Positions 52,201-61,230 of a stretch of 64,000 nt of DNA are shown here, in pieces (positions within the stretch are counted from its first letter, which is position 1; each line of letters opens with the position of its first letter). Below the pieces are notes generated by a model that saw nothing but the letters and a program-made list of their open reading frames with translations, did no database searches and was not told where the DNA came from. The stretch covers positions 1,504,001 through 1,568,000 of the forward strand of contig OZ244999.1 in assembly GCA_965223265.1 (NCBI GenBank), read 5' to 3'. Source of the stretch: Planctomycetota bacterium (GTDB lineage: Bacteria > Planctomycetota > UBA8108 > SXIK01). The position numbers and the translations under genes were made by a program.

Positions 52201-54147
52201 ACTTTCGGTGTGGTGGTCTAGGTGCCCAGTATCCTCGTTTTGGATCCACATCCTGCCCTTTGCAAACCAGACTCCGTTGTTGCGGTAGTTACCATCGCGC
52301 ACGATCATCGGTACCTCACCGACTTCACCGCGGCGTCCCTCGGACACCGGTCGCGTCCAACCGACGTGATCGAAGGCGCGCAGCACGCCCGGTGCCGGGA
52401 TGTACAGGTTGATCGAGTACCGCTCGGCATTCGAAAAGATCACGTCGTCGAAGCCGTCGGCGTTGAGGTCCACGAAGCGGAGCCCCGCGTCACGCCCCCG
52501 AGCGTCGACGATGGCCGTGCCGCGCGGCAGCGAAAAACTCTTCTTCTGCCAGACTCTATTCTCAGCAGACCAGGCGAACACCGCGTTCTGCGACTCGTTG
52601 CCGACGACGAGCTCGCAGCGTCCATCGTTGTCGACGTCCCGCAAGCGCACGCCACGATCCCGGCCGCGACTGCCAGTCAAGATGGGCTCGCCTTCTTCCA
52701 GGTGGAGTCCCCAGAGAAGCTCAGGCGCCTCGACCCAGCGTCTGCCTTCGAATCGCCAAGCGCCCTTGGTGCGTTCGCTGCGAACGAGCATCATGGCCGC
52801 GCCGTCAGAGTCGACGACACCGAAGCGGACGCCGCTGTCTGCTCGATGGCCTGCGTCGTCCGCTGCACCCGCGGACGACGAGACAATCGCGGTCGGAAAG
52901 TCCGATGTCGTCCACGCCCTGGACTCGGCGTTCCAGACTCGCGTCTGTCGCATCTCTTCATTGCCGATGATGACGTCGAGGAATCCATCGTCGTCCAGAT
53001 CTAAGACACGTACGCCGTTGTCCCTAGCGTCTGCCGCGCGGAGTGGCTGACCAGCAAGCAGGTGTTTCTCGAGTCGATCCCTAGCTTCGCCGAGGGTCAA
53101 GAACTTCACTTTGCGGCCGTGTTGTTTCGTGGCGTGATCGATGAGAGCGATGATCTCTTCGGGCTCACACTTGCCGTGCGGATGAAAGACCAGTGTCATC
53201 ACGCCCTGCTTGAGGACGGTGGCATCCAGCGCCGCCTTCCAGTCGCGCACGGTGTGGCGTCCGTGCGCGGGGATGTAGAAGTCCGCCTGGTGATCTCCGG
53301 GGATGGTGCACGGAAACTCCCACGCCAGTCGAGCGACGACGTAGGGATAGGGGTAGTTCGAGATGTGGTTGACGTAAACGTAGTTTTTGCGTCCGACGAT
53401 CGGGACTTCTCCGGTGGTGTATTTGGCGAAGCGCTCCTTGCCGTCTTCGTCAACGACGAGGCTATGCGGTAGGTCCGGGTCTTCCGACGTGAAGAGATGG
53501 TGGACCGTCGAACTGATCTCAAGAAAATGACCAGCAGCGGTGACGCGATTGAAAATCTCGGTGTAGAACCGTGGGCTGTGGGTGTTCCAAACGTCGGAGC
53601 AGGGGCCGCGGTATGCTACTGGCCGAGCGTCGGGGATCTGCCACAGCCGGTCGGTGCAGTCGTCGACGTTATGACGCGCACGTTCGAGGTCGCCGCTGTG
53701 AAGCAGCGGGCAGGGATGCTCGATCGTGTGTGTCTCCAGACTCAAGCCTTCGTCAAGCCACGTCTGAAGCTGTGGATCATCTGGCGGCACCGACAGAGTG
53801 AAAACACTCACCGGCGCGCGGCCATCGATCTTCTTGAGGCGTTCGAGAATTGGGCGCAGGAAGGCCTCGAACTTCGCGGTCTCACTCAGGTCGTCGATCG
53901 AGAGGACGACCACAGCCTCGACCCCTTCTTCGCCGACCCACTGCGGCGTCACCAGGCGTGGGAAACGATGCGAGGGGTAGTACGGGTCACAGAAGGCGTC
54001 GAGGTACGCTAACCGGTTGCCGTCGGTGGCGTTCACCACCGACGCGTTGGTCGCGAGCGTTAACAGCAGTGCGGTGAAAAGGAGGCGCGGGACTCGATCG
54101 CTGCTGTTCGGAGCTTCTCGCCGTGGAGTCTTGGCAAGAACAAGCAT
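49279..54147 (-). CDS. PVC-type membrane-bound dehydrogenase/heme-binding protein: polysaccharide-deacetylase-like, FG-GAP, sugar-dehydrogenase propeller, HEAT repeats and cytochrome c
   Basis: VVVLSIDD...ETHTIEHPCP; DLDDDG/DVDNDG/DLNADG repeats; ELVAAEPLVQDPIAIEW..DGKLWVVEM.DYP; FLASTDNWFRP...GPDGALYVVDMYR; CAVCH..GPDL; SLMPDG. Confidence 0.93.
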   Translation of the reverse strand: MLVLAKTPRREAPNSSDRVPRLLFTALLLTLATNASVVNATDGNRLAYLDAFCDPYYPSHRFPRLVTPQWVGEEGVEAVVVLSIDDLSETAKFEAFLRPILERLKKIDGRAPVSVFTLSVPPDDPQLQTWLDEGLSLETHTIEHPCPLLHSGDLERARHNVDDCTDRLWQIPDARPVAYRGPCSDVWNTHSPRFYTEIFNRVTAAGHFLEISSTVHHLFTSEDPDLPHSLVVDEDGKERFAKYTTGEVPIVGRKNYVYVNHISNYPYPYVVARLAWEFPCTIPGDHQADFYIPAHGRHTVRDWKAALDATVLKQGVMTLVFHPHGKCEPEEIIALIDHATKQHGRKVKFLTLGEARDRLEKHLLAGQPLRAADARDNGVRVLDLDDDGFLDVIIGNEEMRQTRVWNAESRAWTTSDFPTAIVSSSAGAADDAGHRADSGVRFGVVDSDGAAMMLVRSERTKGAWRFEGRRWVEAPELLWGLHLEEGEPILTGSRGRDRGVRLRDVDNDGRCELVVGNESQNAVFAWSAENRVWQKKSFSLPRGTAIVDARGRDAGLRFVDLNADGFDDVIFSNAERYSINLYIPAPGVLRAFDHVGWTRPVSEGRRGEVGEVPMIVRDGNYRNNGVWFAKGRMWIQNEDTGHLDHHTESRSFDELVSGLLPPPLSPQESLQTIEVAPEFQVELVAAEPLVQDPIAIEWAADGKLWVVEMRDYPLGMDGKGEPGGAVRVLTDDDGDGKYDRSSVFADKLNFPSGVMPWRRGALISAAPDILYAEDNDGDGRADTQRVLFTGFALGNQQHRVNGFEYGLDGWLYCASGGSGGKVTSLLTGEIVDIHRRDFRIRPETGELVTEPGVTEFGRHRDDWGNWFGNTYANWGWHFFLPDHYLRRNPHLPATRTRRDLADPLPLRRIHRRTRLLARPQMGQPLGQVTAPCSLNPYRDELFGDEFESDIFIGEVDKSIVRRMHLVPDGVSFRAERARGEEQREFLASTDNWFRPTQTKTGPDGALYVVDMYRLIIEHEEYYPADLRELLDFRAGDDRGRIYRVFPRCANLRQVPRLDQLDTAGLVAALEHPNGWQRDTAQRLLVTKNDRAAIEPLKEIVRRSMRPEARLQALYVLYSLDTLSPEVLSVALRDEHASLRSHALKLSESFLRQASLWEDPASRDSPPWRELASAVLDTVGDPDLSVRYQLAFTLGEWRDGRAGPALVRLALRDPEDEDVQTAVMSSAVPHATSMMAALLTDRNEAPSARILERWIGLAAALRDEMALTLALDEISQPIDATGHQARYSAWQFRAVTALLNSLGRQDTSLAQLFEQSGPDLQRSIRRLENLYATARRTLVSKNTSVEERVVAAGPLGRGLSEIGADLELLGQQLHPQAPPSLQLAAVESLARTGQREVSEILLASWKTHAPNLRTAVLAVLATREEWLQTLLDALSTDAISTGEIGLAQQQLLLQHRMPTVREKAQKLFTAAHADRDAVIREYAVAETLNGNPGRGAALFRKHCAVCHRLRGEGRQIGPDLESIGEKPISFLLQSILDPNREVDPEFTQYTAITRIGRVLTGVIAEETPTTIRLKVPERSDEVLLRQEIARLESSSVSLMPDGVEKLLDPQAMADLIAWLKSEG

Positions 54148-54369
54148 GTGGAATCTCCTGGCGATCGATTGGAGGCGTTTTTTCCGCGGCGGAGGATCGG
54201 CGGGAGCATCCTATTCGCTGACGCGCAGGAGTTGAAGATTAGGAGGCAAGTTGCAGAAGGTCTGGCGGCCGTCGATGACCTATCAGTCTCCCAGATGGGC
54301 TCCGCTGCGAAGGAATTTCCAGAATTTCAGACGATTCTGTCCAGATCGGCGGTCATACAAGAGAGTGCC

Positions 54370-54858
54370 ATGGATCTTGAAATCGCCTACGACGCATACG
54401 CTGCGCAGCTTTACCGACACGCCCTGGCGATCACCGGACAACAGGCGGACGCTGAGGACGTCGTGCAGAGCGTCTTCGTCAAGCTCGCGCGTCGTCGGCG
54501 GCAAAGCCCGATCGCTGACCTCGAGGCGTACCTGCACGCAGCCGTCAGGCGGACAGCGCACGACAGCGTGACGCGGCGGCGCGCCTGGGATCGGTGGCTG
54601 CAGCGTCAGTCGACTCCGGGTGCCGAGTTGGGGCTCGTCGTTGCGAACAATGGAGCGCCTCCAGATGAAACCGAAAGCCTCAACCGCGCACTCGCTCGCC
54701 TCCCTCCGGAACAGCGTGAGGTCGTTCTCCTCCACGTCTACGAAGGCAAAACGTTTCGCCGCATCGGGGAGCTGCTCGCGATCTCTCCGGACACTGCTTC
54801 GTCCCGTTACCGCTACGCGCGTGAAAAGCTGAAGGAGTGGCTACATGGACTTGAATGA
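54370..54858 (+). CDS. ECF (sigma-70 group 4) RNA polymerase sigma factor
   Basis: DAEDVVQSVF (region 2), LARLPPEQREVVLL...TFRRIGELL.IS..TASSRYRYA (region 4). Confidence 0.93.
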   Translation: MDLEIAYDAYAAQLYRHALAITGQQADAEDVVQSVFVKLARRRRQSPIADLEAYLHAAVRRTAHDSVTRRRAWDRWLQRQSTPGAELGLVVANNGAPPDETESLNRALARLPPEQREVVLLHVYEGKTFRRIGELLAISPDTASSRYRYAREKLKEWLHGLE

Positions 54859-55225
54859 GCACCTTGCCAAATTTCGCGGCGTGGAGCCGCCGGCGGAGTT
54901 TAAGGAGCAGATCCTCGCCGCGTGCACTACGAGGGAGCGCAGACGGACGGTGTTCGGCGCAGCGATGTTGATGGCTTGTTTCGCTCTTTTGATCGGAGTC
55001 AACATTCGAATTGACTTTGGGCGTGACGCTGCGATCAAGCAACTGCGAGGGAGTATGCCAGTGAGCTCTCATCTGTTTTCTACTCCTGTTTTTGCCGTCA
55101 ATCGGAGCGCGTCGGAGTGGGAAAGTCGCCGATTTGTACGCGTTCAGTCGTTGGACGTACGCGATCAGGCCGCCGACGAGGTTTGGATTGTGATGCGGCA
55201 GCGTTTGCAGGAGGACGAACTATGA
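54845..55225 (+). CDS. Small single-TM protein, putative anti-sigma factor
   Basis: Overlaps the sigma stop; L..F...PPAEFKEQIL, then one TM helix. Confidence 0.65.
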   Translation: MDLNEHLAKFRGVEPPAEFKEQILAACTTRERRRTVFGAAMLMACFALLIGVNIRIDFGRDAAIKQLRGSMPVSSHLFSTPVFAVNRSASEWESRRFVRVQSLDVRDQAADEVWIVMRQRLQEDEL

Positions 55226-56484
55226 GCGGCTTAAGAGTCACCACGCCAAATTCAACGCCGCGCAAGCGGAAGACTCGCAAGGTCGTTTGGCTCGTTCTTT
55301 TTGTCCTTGTAGCCTACGGACTCTGGACTGTTTGGCATGCACGGGCCAGCTCGCGTTTGAGTCAAGCTGTAGCCGAGGCGAAACGTTCGGGTCTACTTCT
55401 CTCGTTTGAGGAACTCCTCGAAGGACTCGAGAGATTCGGAGGTCAACCTGCGCCGGAAGAGAATGCCGCGCCGCTCTACGAAGCGGCGATCGCACTCATG
55501 AAGGGGCTCGAGGAACCAGAGGACGGCTGGGAAGAGCGAGCCGAGGACGGTGGCCCGAGTGCAGCCGCCGAGCGACTTCTTCCGCGCTACGAAGAGGTGT
55601 TTCGGGTTGTCGAAGCGGCGTCCAAACGTCCACGCTGTGTGTTTGATCTCGCCTGGAGGAGGGGCTTCAACGTTCTGCTGCGGCACCTGACGGGACTGCG
55701 GGAGATATCATACGTCTATCGCCAACGGATTGCGCTGCGAGCCCGGGCCGGTGACATTGAAGGCGCGCTACAGGACACCAAAGCGCTCTTCTCGTTAGCG
55801 CGTGCCCTGCGGGAGGAGCCGATCGTGTTGAGCCAGCTCGTCCGCGTGGCGATCTCGAGAGTCGCCCTCCACGAGCTCAAGACTTTGTTGCCGCAGTGCG
55901 AGTCGGCGACGGCGGCGCTCGAGAAGCTCGAGATCGATGCGGCGCGCGGCGCGATGGCATTCGCGCTTCATGGGGAGGCGCACTCAGTTGTTGTCCTGAG
56001 CGAAAAGATGACAAGCGATGTGTTGACCGTCATCGGTTCGCGCCCTGCGTGGTGGTTGCGATTCAACGAGTTCATGAAACCGTACTTGCTGAACGATGCC
56101 GCGTACATGCTCGAGGCGCTGGGCCGAATCCGCGACGTCTACAAGGAAGACTCATATCCAGAGGCGCTCGAGCGAGCTGCGCTCGAGTTGGAAGAAGTCT
56201 GCGCGGGAGGTGGGTATGTCGCCGACAAACTGCTACCGCACTACAACCATTGGGTTCACCGTTCCGAGGCACGCCTAGCATCGACAATCGCCCTAGCGCA
56301 GCTCGCAGCACGTTTTCTCGACCACCGGCGTGCACATGGCGACTACCCGAGCGGCGTAGAGTCGTTTGGCGAAGCAGCTGTGGATCCCATGAGCGGCGAA
56401 CCGTTCGTGTTGCAACGCGATGAGGCCGGCTGGGTGCTGAAGAGCCCGACGGACGCTGAGGTCTCTTGGCCGCTCGAGGATTGA
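55222..56484 (+). CDS. Membrane-anchored helical hypothetical protein (same family as 35489-37041)
   Basis: GGAGG SD with ATGA overlap; basic N-terminus plus TM; ENAAPLYEAA, EPIVLSQLVRVAI, HGDYP...DPMSGEPF. Confidence 0.8.
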   Translation: MSGLRVTTPNSTPRKRKTRKVVWLVLFVLVAYGLWTVWHARASSRLSQAVAEAKRSGLLLSFEELLEGLERFGGQPAPEENAAPLYEAAIALMKGLEEPEDGWEERAEDGGPSAAAERLLPRYEEVFRVVEAASKRPRCVFDLAWRRGFNVLLRHLTGLREISYVYRQRIALRARAGDIEGALQDTKALFSLARALREEPIVLSQLVRVAISRVALHELKTLLPQCESATAALEKLEIDAARGAMAFALHGEAHSVVVLSEKMTSDVLTVIGSRPAWWLRFNEFMKPYLLNDAAYMLEALGRIRDVYKEDSYPEALERAALELEEVCAGGGYVADKLLPHYNHWVHRSEARLASTIALAQLAARFLDHRRAHGDYPSGVESFGEAAVDPMSGEPFVLQRDEAGWVLKSPTDAEVSWPLED

Positions 56485-56510
56485 ATGAAGGCCTGCGAGA
56501 CCGCCACTGA

Positions 56511-57968
56511 CTATTCCGCGTCGGCATCCGGTTGTCGCGCGGTGACATCCTGCTTCGCTGCGCTCACCAGCGTGAGAGAAATGTCGCGGCTATGGCTTCC
56601 CAGCTGCATATGTGGCTCGCCGGGACCGTGAACAGTGATGAGGCCGCGCACATCTCGAATCCCGAGTTCGCTGTTCGTCGGTTCGAGGAAGAGCGCCGGG
56701 CGCGGCAGTGAGTCGTAGACGTGACAGTCTTCGAACACGATGCCGCCGAAGTCCTTGGAGACGTGCGGCCGGCGCACCTGCAGATGGATTGGCACCCGGG
56801 CAGGCCAATGTCCCGGATGGGAGACCAGCCAGGGACTGCGAAAGTTGCAGTTGATGAATCGCAGCTCCGCTCGCGCGGCTGATTTGTCGAAGATGCGAAC
56901 GCTCTCCTTGCCGGTGTTCTCAACGGTGCAGTTGACGAACTCTATGAATCCACCCGGGCCGTCATCGCGGACCGCGGCGACGCTGATGCCAGACCAGCCG
57001 TGAGATTTGTCATCACGACCGATTCCTTGTGCTACGCCGTCAGGTCGACGGGCGGTCAGAGTTTTACGCATCAGGCAGTTTTCGAACCGGATCGACAGAT
57101 CCGGTGCGTCGCCGTGCAGATTCTTCGGATAGACGAGGACTTCGTGACCTTCGTTGTTTTCGAAGAGGCAGTTACGGATGACGATGTTCACCAGGCTCTG
57201 CTCGGCGCCGTCCGGCTCGAGGTCGAGCCCGGCACCCGGTGCCGTGCCCCAGGTGTTCGCAAAGACGCAGCGTTCGACGACGAGGTTCTCAGCGCTGATG
57301 ACGCTCATGCCTTGACGATGGTTGTCGAAGCAGGTCACGTCACGAATCACCACGTCGCGCGTGAGCTTCTTCCCGGCGCCGCCATCGATGTAGATGCCGT
57401 CACCGCCGCTGCTCTCGATGCGTACCCCCTCGACGAGCACGTTTGTGCAGCCGCGCAGCGAGAGTCCCATGCGCCACTCGGCTTTCGGGTACGGAGGTTT
57501 CATGTAGTCGCGCTTGCGCATGCGGAGCGTAGCGCCATAGCCGCGGAGGACAACGTTCTGTGCGGCGCGCGCGGTGAACAGCGAGTCGCCGCCGCCGAGA
57601 AACGCGCCTTTCTTTGCCAGGATGACGACACCGGGCTCCAAGTAGACCTCTTGATCGGATCGCAGCTGGAGTGGGCGGACAATCCACGGTGCGCCCATGT
57701 ACGGAATCTTCACGCGTTTGGCGCCTGAATCGAGCGCACCTTGGATGGCGTCCGTCACATCCTCTTTGTTGAAGCCCCACCAAGCAGTGTTGGCCTCCAT
57801 CTGCTCGCCAGAGCGCACTCGAGCGATGGCCTGCCGGTTGGCGGCGTTCTCCGCGTTCGCTTGAGTCTCCGAACCGGCACTGTGCACTGCGGTGAAGGGG
57901 GCTACGACCACAACGATCCAGCTGTGAAATCTTGAGAGGCCTGCCTTGGAGATGTGTTTTCTCATCAT
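56511..57968 (-). CDS. Right-handed parallel beta-helix protein (pectin-lyase-like fold), secreted
   Basis: DVTDAIQGALDSGA, GGDGIYI, NHRQGMSVISAENLVVERC.F.NT.GTAPGAGLDLEPD. Confidence 0.88.
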   Translation of the reverse strand: MMRKHISKAGLSRFHSWIVVVVAPFTAVHSAGSETQANAENAANRQAIARVRSGEQMEANTAWWGFNKEDVTDAIQGALDSGAKRVKIPYMGAPWIVRPLQLRSDQEVYLEPGVVILAKKGAFLGGGDSLFTARAAQNVVLRGYGATLRMRKRDYMKPPYPKAEWRMGLSLRGCTNVLVEGVRIESSGGDGIYIDGGAGKKLTRDVVIRDVTCFDNHRQGMSVISAENLVVERCVFANTWGTAPGAGLDLEPDGAEQSLVNIVIRNCLFENNEGHEVLVYPKNLHGDAPDLSIRFENCLMRKTLTARRPDGVAQGIGRDDKSHGWSGISVAAVRDDGPGGFIEFVNCTVENTGKESVRIFDKSAARAELRFINCNFRSPWLVSHPGHWPARVPIHLQVRRPHVSKDFGGIVFEDCHVYDSLPRPALFLEPTNSELGIRDVRGLITVHGPGEPHMQLGSHSRDISLTLVSAAKQDVTARQPDADAE

Positions 57969-58167
57969 ACGAGTTGCCTTCTCGCGTTAGCGATGTCAGT
58001 CGCGAGCCGCACGCACGAGCGCGCCGGCTACCATACTCACGATCGTTACACGCGTCATAGCCTGCAAACGGTGGGCGAAGCGAACGAGCCCGACCGGGCG
58101 CGCCGATCAAATCGCTATCGATTCATACGAGCGTCATGCTACTGCTCGTGGAGGCGCGTGCGAAGAC

Positions 58168-60021
58168 TCAAAACTTCGCGCGCAGCTGAAACTGCACCTT
58201 GTGGGCGGCGTCTTGGTCGTCGCGATCGAAAGCGTCGTCGGGCTCGAAGCGTCCGAGAACGAGCTCGGCGTTGAGCCAGCGTTTGTAGCGATAGCCGAAA
58301 ACCAGATCGATTTCCCAGCCGAGGTATCGGTGTTCGCCTTCGGGGTCGGCGTCGAGATCTGACTCACCCAGATCTTCAGAAGCTTCGTCTTGATGGTAGG
58401 TATGAAAGACGACGTCGATGGAGAAGTCGCGGACGGGCCGAATGCCCGCTCCCATCGTCGTGACGACGAGATTAGAGAGCTCAGGGTCGACGACTTCGCC
58501 GTAATAGCGAAAGCTCGTGACGCCACCGAACTTGGCGTTGTTGTCCTGGAGGCCGGTCTGGCGAAAAGCGACAGTGTCGCCGTCGTTATCGATCCGACCT
58601 GTGGCATAGGCGACGCCGAGCGTGAGCGTCGGCCTTAGAGGTGCGTCCACGACGTACGAAACTCCAGTGTCGATCGCGTATCCGTCGATGGGAGTGGAGT
58701 CATGTTCGCCGCGCGCTGCCGCGAGTTCGATCCAGTGCCTCAGGCCGTAGCGCGGCCTGCCCCACGATCTCAGTCCGATGACGAGAGGATTGAACTCTTC
58801 GTCTGAGGCATCCGTTCGACTGACGAAATAGCCGCTCAGGAAATGAGATGGGTTCAGGTGATATCTCAGGAGACCGATCGCGTTGAACGTGTCCTCGGTG
58901 TCGTTTCGGTCTTCGAGCAGTTCATGTTCACGGCCGGCACTCATCGACAACTCGAGGGACCACGGTCCGTCGCGCGCGTGCATGCGCACACCGTCGAGGA
59001 CTTCGTCGTAGATCCACTCCCGTTCTTCGTCGAAGTCCTGGCGACCCGCTTGGACGGCGAAGACGTCGGTGAGTGCGTGAAAAACGTAGGCCCGCGACAG
59101 GCGATGCTGGTATGTGGTCTCCTCGTGTCTCTCCCTGCGCAGTTGCTCTCTGATGCCGAACGTGCCCTCAAGAAAGACGAACGAACGCTCCTCGTTGAAG
59201 CGCCAAAGAGCGTCGAGTTTGATCTCGTTTTGAAAGATCTGTTTGTCGCGCTTTCGGTCGCGGTCGAGGTCGCGTTCATCTTCAGCGCGACCGCGGAACA
59301 TATACTGTCCTCCGAACATGAGGTCAGGCGTTGGCCGAATGCTGAAGACGACGGCCTTTTGTTCGTCTTGAAGAAACGTCTGGAGCGGGTCGGAACTGCC
59401 TGGCTCGTCATCGATCGCGTCGTCCAGTAGGTTCACGCGCGTCTCACGAGACGGCTGCACGGCGAGGCTGCCAACGGTGATGGAATTCTCTTCGGCCGGT
59501 GCCCCTACCTGCCCTAAGACTTTGAAGCGGTCCCGCGGCTGCATGCGGCGAATCGTGCGTGCGAAGAGGGAGCCATCCGGTTTGACGCGAGCTTTGACAC
59601 GGACCCAGTCGCCCGCCACGACCGGAAAACGCGGCACGACGGTTCTCTCTTCCGTCTCGAACTCTGTGTCGCCATCGACGGCAACCCTTTCGCCGAGGAT
59701 TTCGAACGAGGTGGCGTCCGTCGTCACGTCCGTCGGTACTGGGGCGGTGAGTTCAACCTTGTCGGCCGAGAAGCCTTCCTCAAAGGGGGCTTCTTCAATC
59801 TCATCGACTTCGGAGACTTGGCCATCTCCTGTCACCTGCCCTTTGACTTCCACCCACATCCCGGGCACGACTTGTTCCACATCTTTGGGCGTGTCCAAAT
59901 CTGGGTGGGCGCAGCTTCCCAGGAAGCCTGCGACGAAGGTTACGAGCGTGACGAAAAGGGAAACTCCGTGGCGAGAGGCCGACGGCGCGCGCTGCGTGAC
60001 ATGGACTCGGTGTTGCAACAT
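58168..60021 (-). CDS. Alginate-export (AlgE-like) outer-membrane porin with N-terminal DUF5666-like repeats
   Basis: LGSC lipobox-like; VEVKG / WVRVKAR repeats; AGRQDFDEEREWIYDEVLDGVR, FRQTGLQDN, PELSNL, GWEIDLV; terminal F. Confidence 0.88.
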   Translation of the reverse strand: MLQHRVHVTQRAPSASRHGVSLFVTLVTFVAGFLGSCAHPDLDTPKDVEQVVPGMWVEVKGQVTGDGQVSEVDEIEEAPFEEGFSADKVELTAPVPTDVTTDATSFEILGERVAVDGDTEFETEERTVVPRFPVVAGDWVRVKARVKPDGSLFARTIRRMQPRDRFKVLGQVGAPAEENSITVGSLAVQPSRETRVNLLDDAIDDEPGSSDPLQTFLQDEQKAVVFSIRPTPDLMFGGQYMFRGRAEDERDLDRDRKRDKQIFQNEIKLDALWRFNEERSFVFLEGTFGIREQLRRERHEETTYQHRLSRAYVFHALTDVFAVQAGRQDFDEEREWIYDEVLDGVRMHARDGPWSLELSMSAGREHELLEDRNDTEDTFNAIGLLRYHLNPSHFLSGYFVSRTDASDEEFNPLVIGLRSWGRPRYGLRHWIELAAARGEHDSTPIDGYAIDTGVSYVVDAPLRPTLTLGVAYATGRIDNDGDTVAFRQTGLQDNNAKFGGVTSFRYYGEVVDPELSNLVVTTMGAGIRPVRDFSIDVVFHTYHQDEASEDLGESDLDADPEGEHRYLGWEIDLVFGYRYKRWLNAELVLGRFEPDDAFDRDDQDAAHKVQFQLRAKF

Positions 60022-60036
60022 GGTGCAGGAGGCTCT

Positions 60037-61230
60037 TCAGGAAGGCGATACAATGTTGAGTGTGGCGAACGCGTTCAGCGCACGCTGCAGAAGCTTGGCG
60101 GCGAGATCTTGCTGCAGCGGTCTGAGTGCGTAGACCGCGGCAAGACGTGAGCGCACCAGTGCCCGGATGACCCCGACCCGTGCGTCGCTCGGGTCATACC
60201 GGAGCGTTGTGAGCAAGTGTTCACTACTTTGGAGGAGACTCGCGGCGCATCGTGGATACTGCAGCGAGCGCAGCAGCAAATGCTCCGAGAGGTTGACAGC
60301 GTCAAAGCACGGATCACCACGGTGCACGTCGTCGAGGTCGATGAGGAAGAGATCTCGTCCGTTGACGAAGCACTGTTTGTCATGCAGATCCCCGTGGACG
60401 AGGCCCTCTCCGAAGGGCTCGGCTTCCGGTAGGCCTCTCACGAGCTCCGTCAGGCGATCCACTTTCGGATTTGCCTCCGCCGCTCGGGAAATCTGTCTCA
60501 AGGTGGCGCCACGTTCGTGCTCGAACGTGCGCCGCGTGAGCTCGGTTGCCGGTGCGAATGACGCGAGTCCATGGCAAACGTCGACGAGAAGTGCAGGGGA
60601 TACCGATTCTTCATTCTTGATGAGGTCGTGAACCGATCGACCTGGGCATGCTTCCGTGAGGTAGCACTGAGCCTTGGAGGAAGAGCCCACTGGTAGGGCG
60701 AAGTGCACGTGGCCCACGGTGCTCGGCAGCGCCTGGAGGGATTCCGCTGCCCGGTCGAAAGCTGAGCGCTTGAGAACTTTGAGATAGAAATCGTGGCATT
60801 CCCCGTGTTCGTCGACCAGCTGCAAGTTGTAGACGGCGCGCCGCCTCGGATGGTAGGCGATCAGGCGTGCGCTGCCGGCGGCGATGCTGTGGAGCTTCGA
60901 CTCGTGGTCACGAAGCGTCAACCCACCCTCTTCGAGTAGCCGACAGCCGCATAGTTTGTCGTCGTCGGCTGGTGTGAGCGTCTCCAAGTGCGGTGCACGC
61001 TTCTCCTTTGCCGATCGATCTGCTTCTCTCTGCGATAGCGTGAACACCGCTGGCTCGGCGCTTCTCGGTCGCACCACGACCGCTGCTTCTTCGCTTCCCA
61101 GAGGGCGAGTGAGAACGGAGGGAGGGCCATCTCTTGTGTCGAAGCGCTGCAGAAAATCGAGTCCAGCAGGACTGGAGAGCCACGCCGACAGACGGCTGAT
61201 CGGAGTGGACGTGAATTTGCCGGCTGTCAC
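60037..61230 (-). CDS. APH/choline-kinase-fold phosphotransferase (copy 2)
   Basis: YHPRRRAV, YLKV, HGDLHDKQ, LIDLD..HRGDP; GTG start overlaps the upstream stop (GTGA). Confidence 0.85.
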   Translation of the reverse strand: MTAGKFTSTPISRLSAWLSSPAGLDFLQRFDTRDGPPSVLTRPLGSEEAAVVVRPRSAEPAVFTLSQREADRSAKEKRAPHLETLTPADDDKLCGCRLLEEGGLTLRDHESKLHSIAAGSARLIAYHPRRRAVYNLQLVDEHGECHDFYLKVLKRSAFDRAAESLQALPSTVGHVHFALPVGSSSKAQCYLTEACPGRSVHDLIKNEESVSPALLVDVCHGLASFAPATELTRRTFEHERGATLRQISRAAEANPKVDRLTELVRGLPEAEPFGEGLVHGDLHDKQCFVNGRDLFLIDLDDVHRGDPCFDAVNLSEHLLLRSLQYPRCAASLLQSSEHLLTTLRYDPSDARVGVIRALVRSRLAAVYALRPLQQDLAAKLLQRALNAFATLNIVSPS

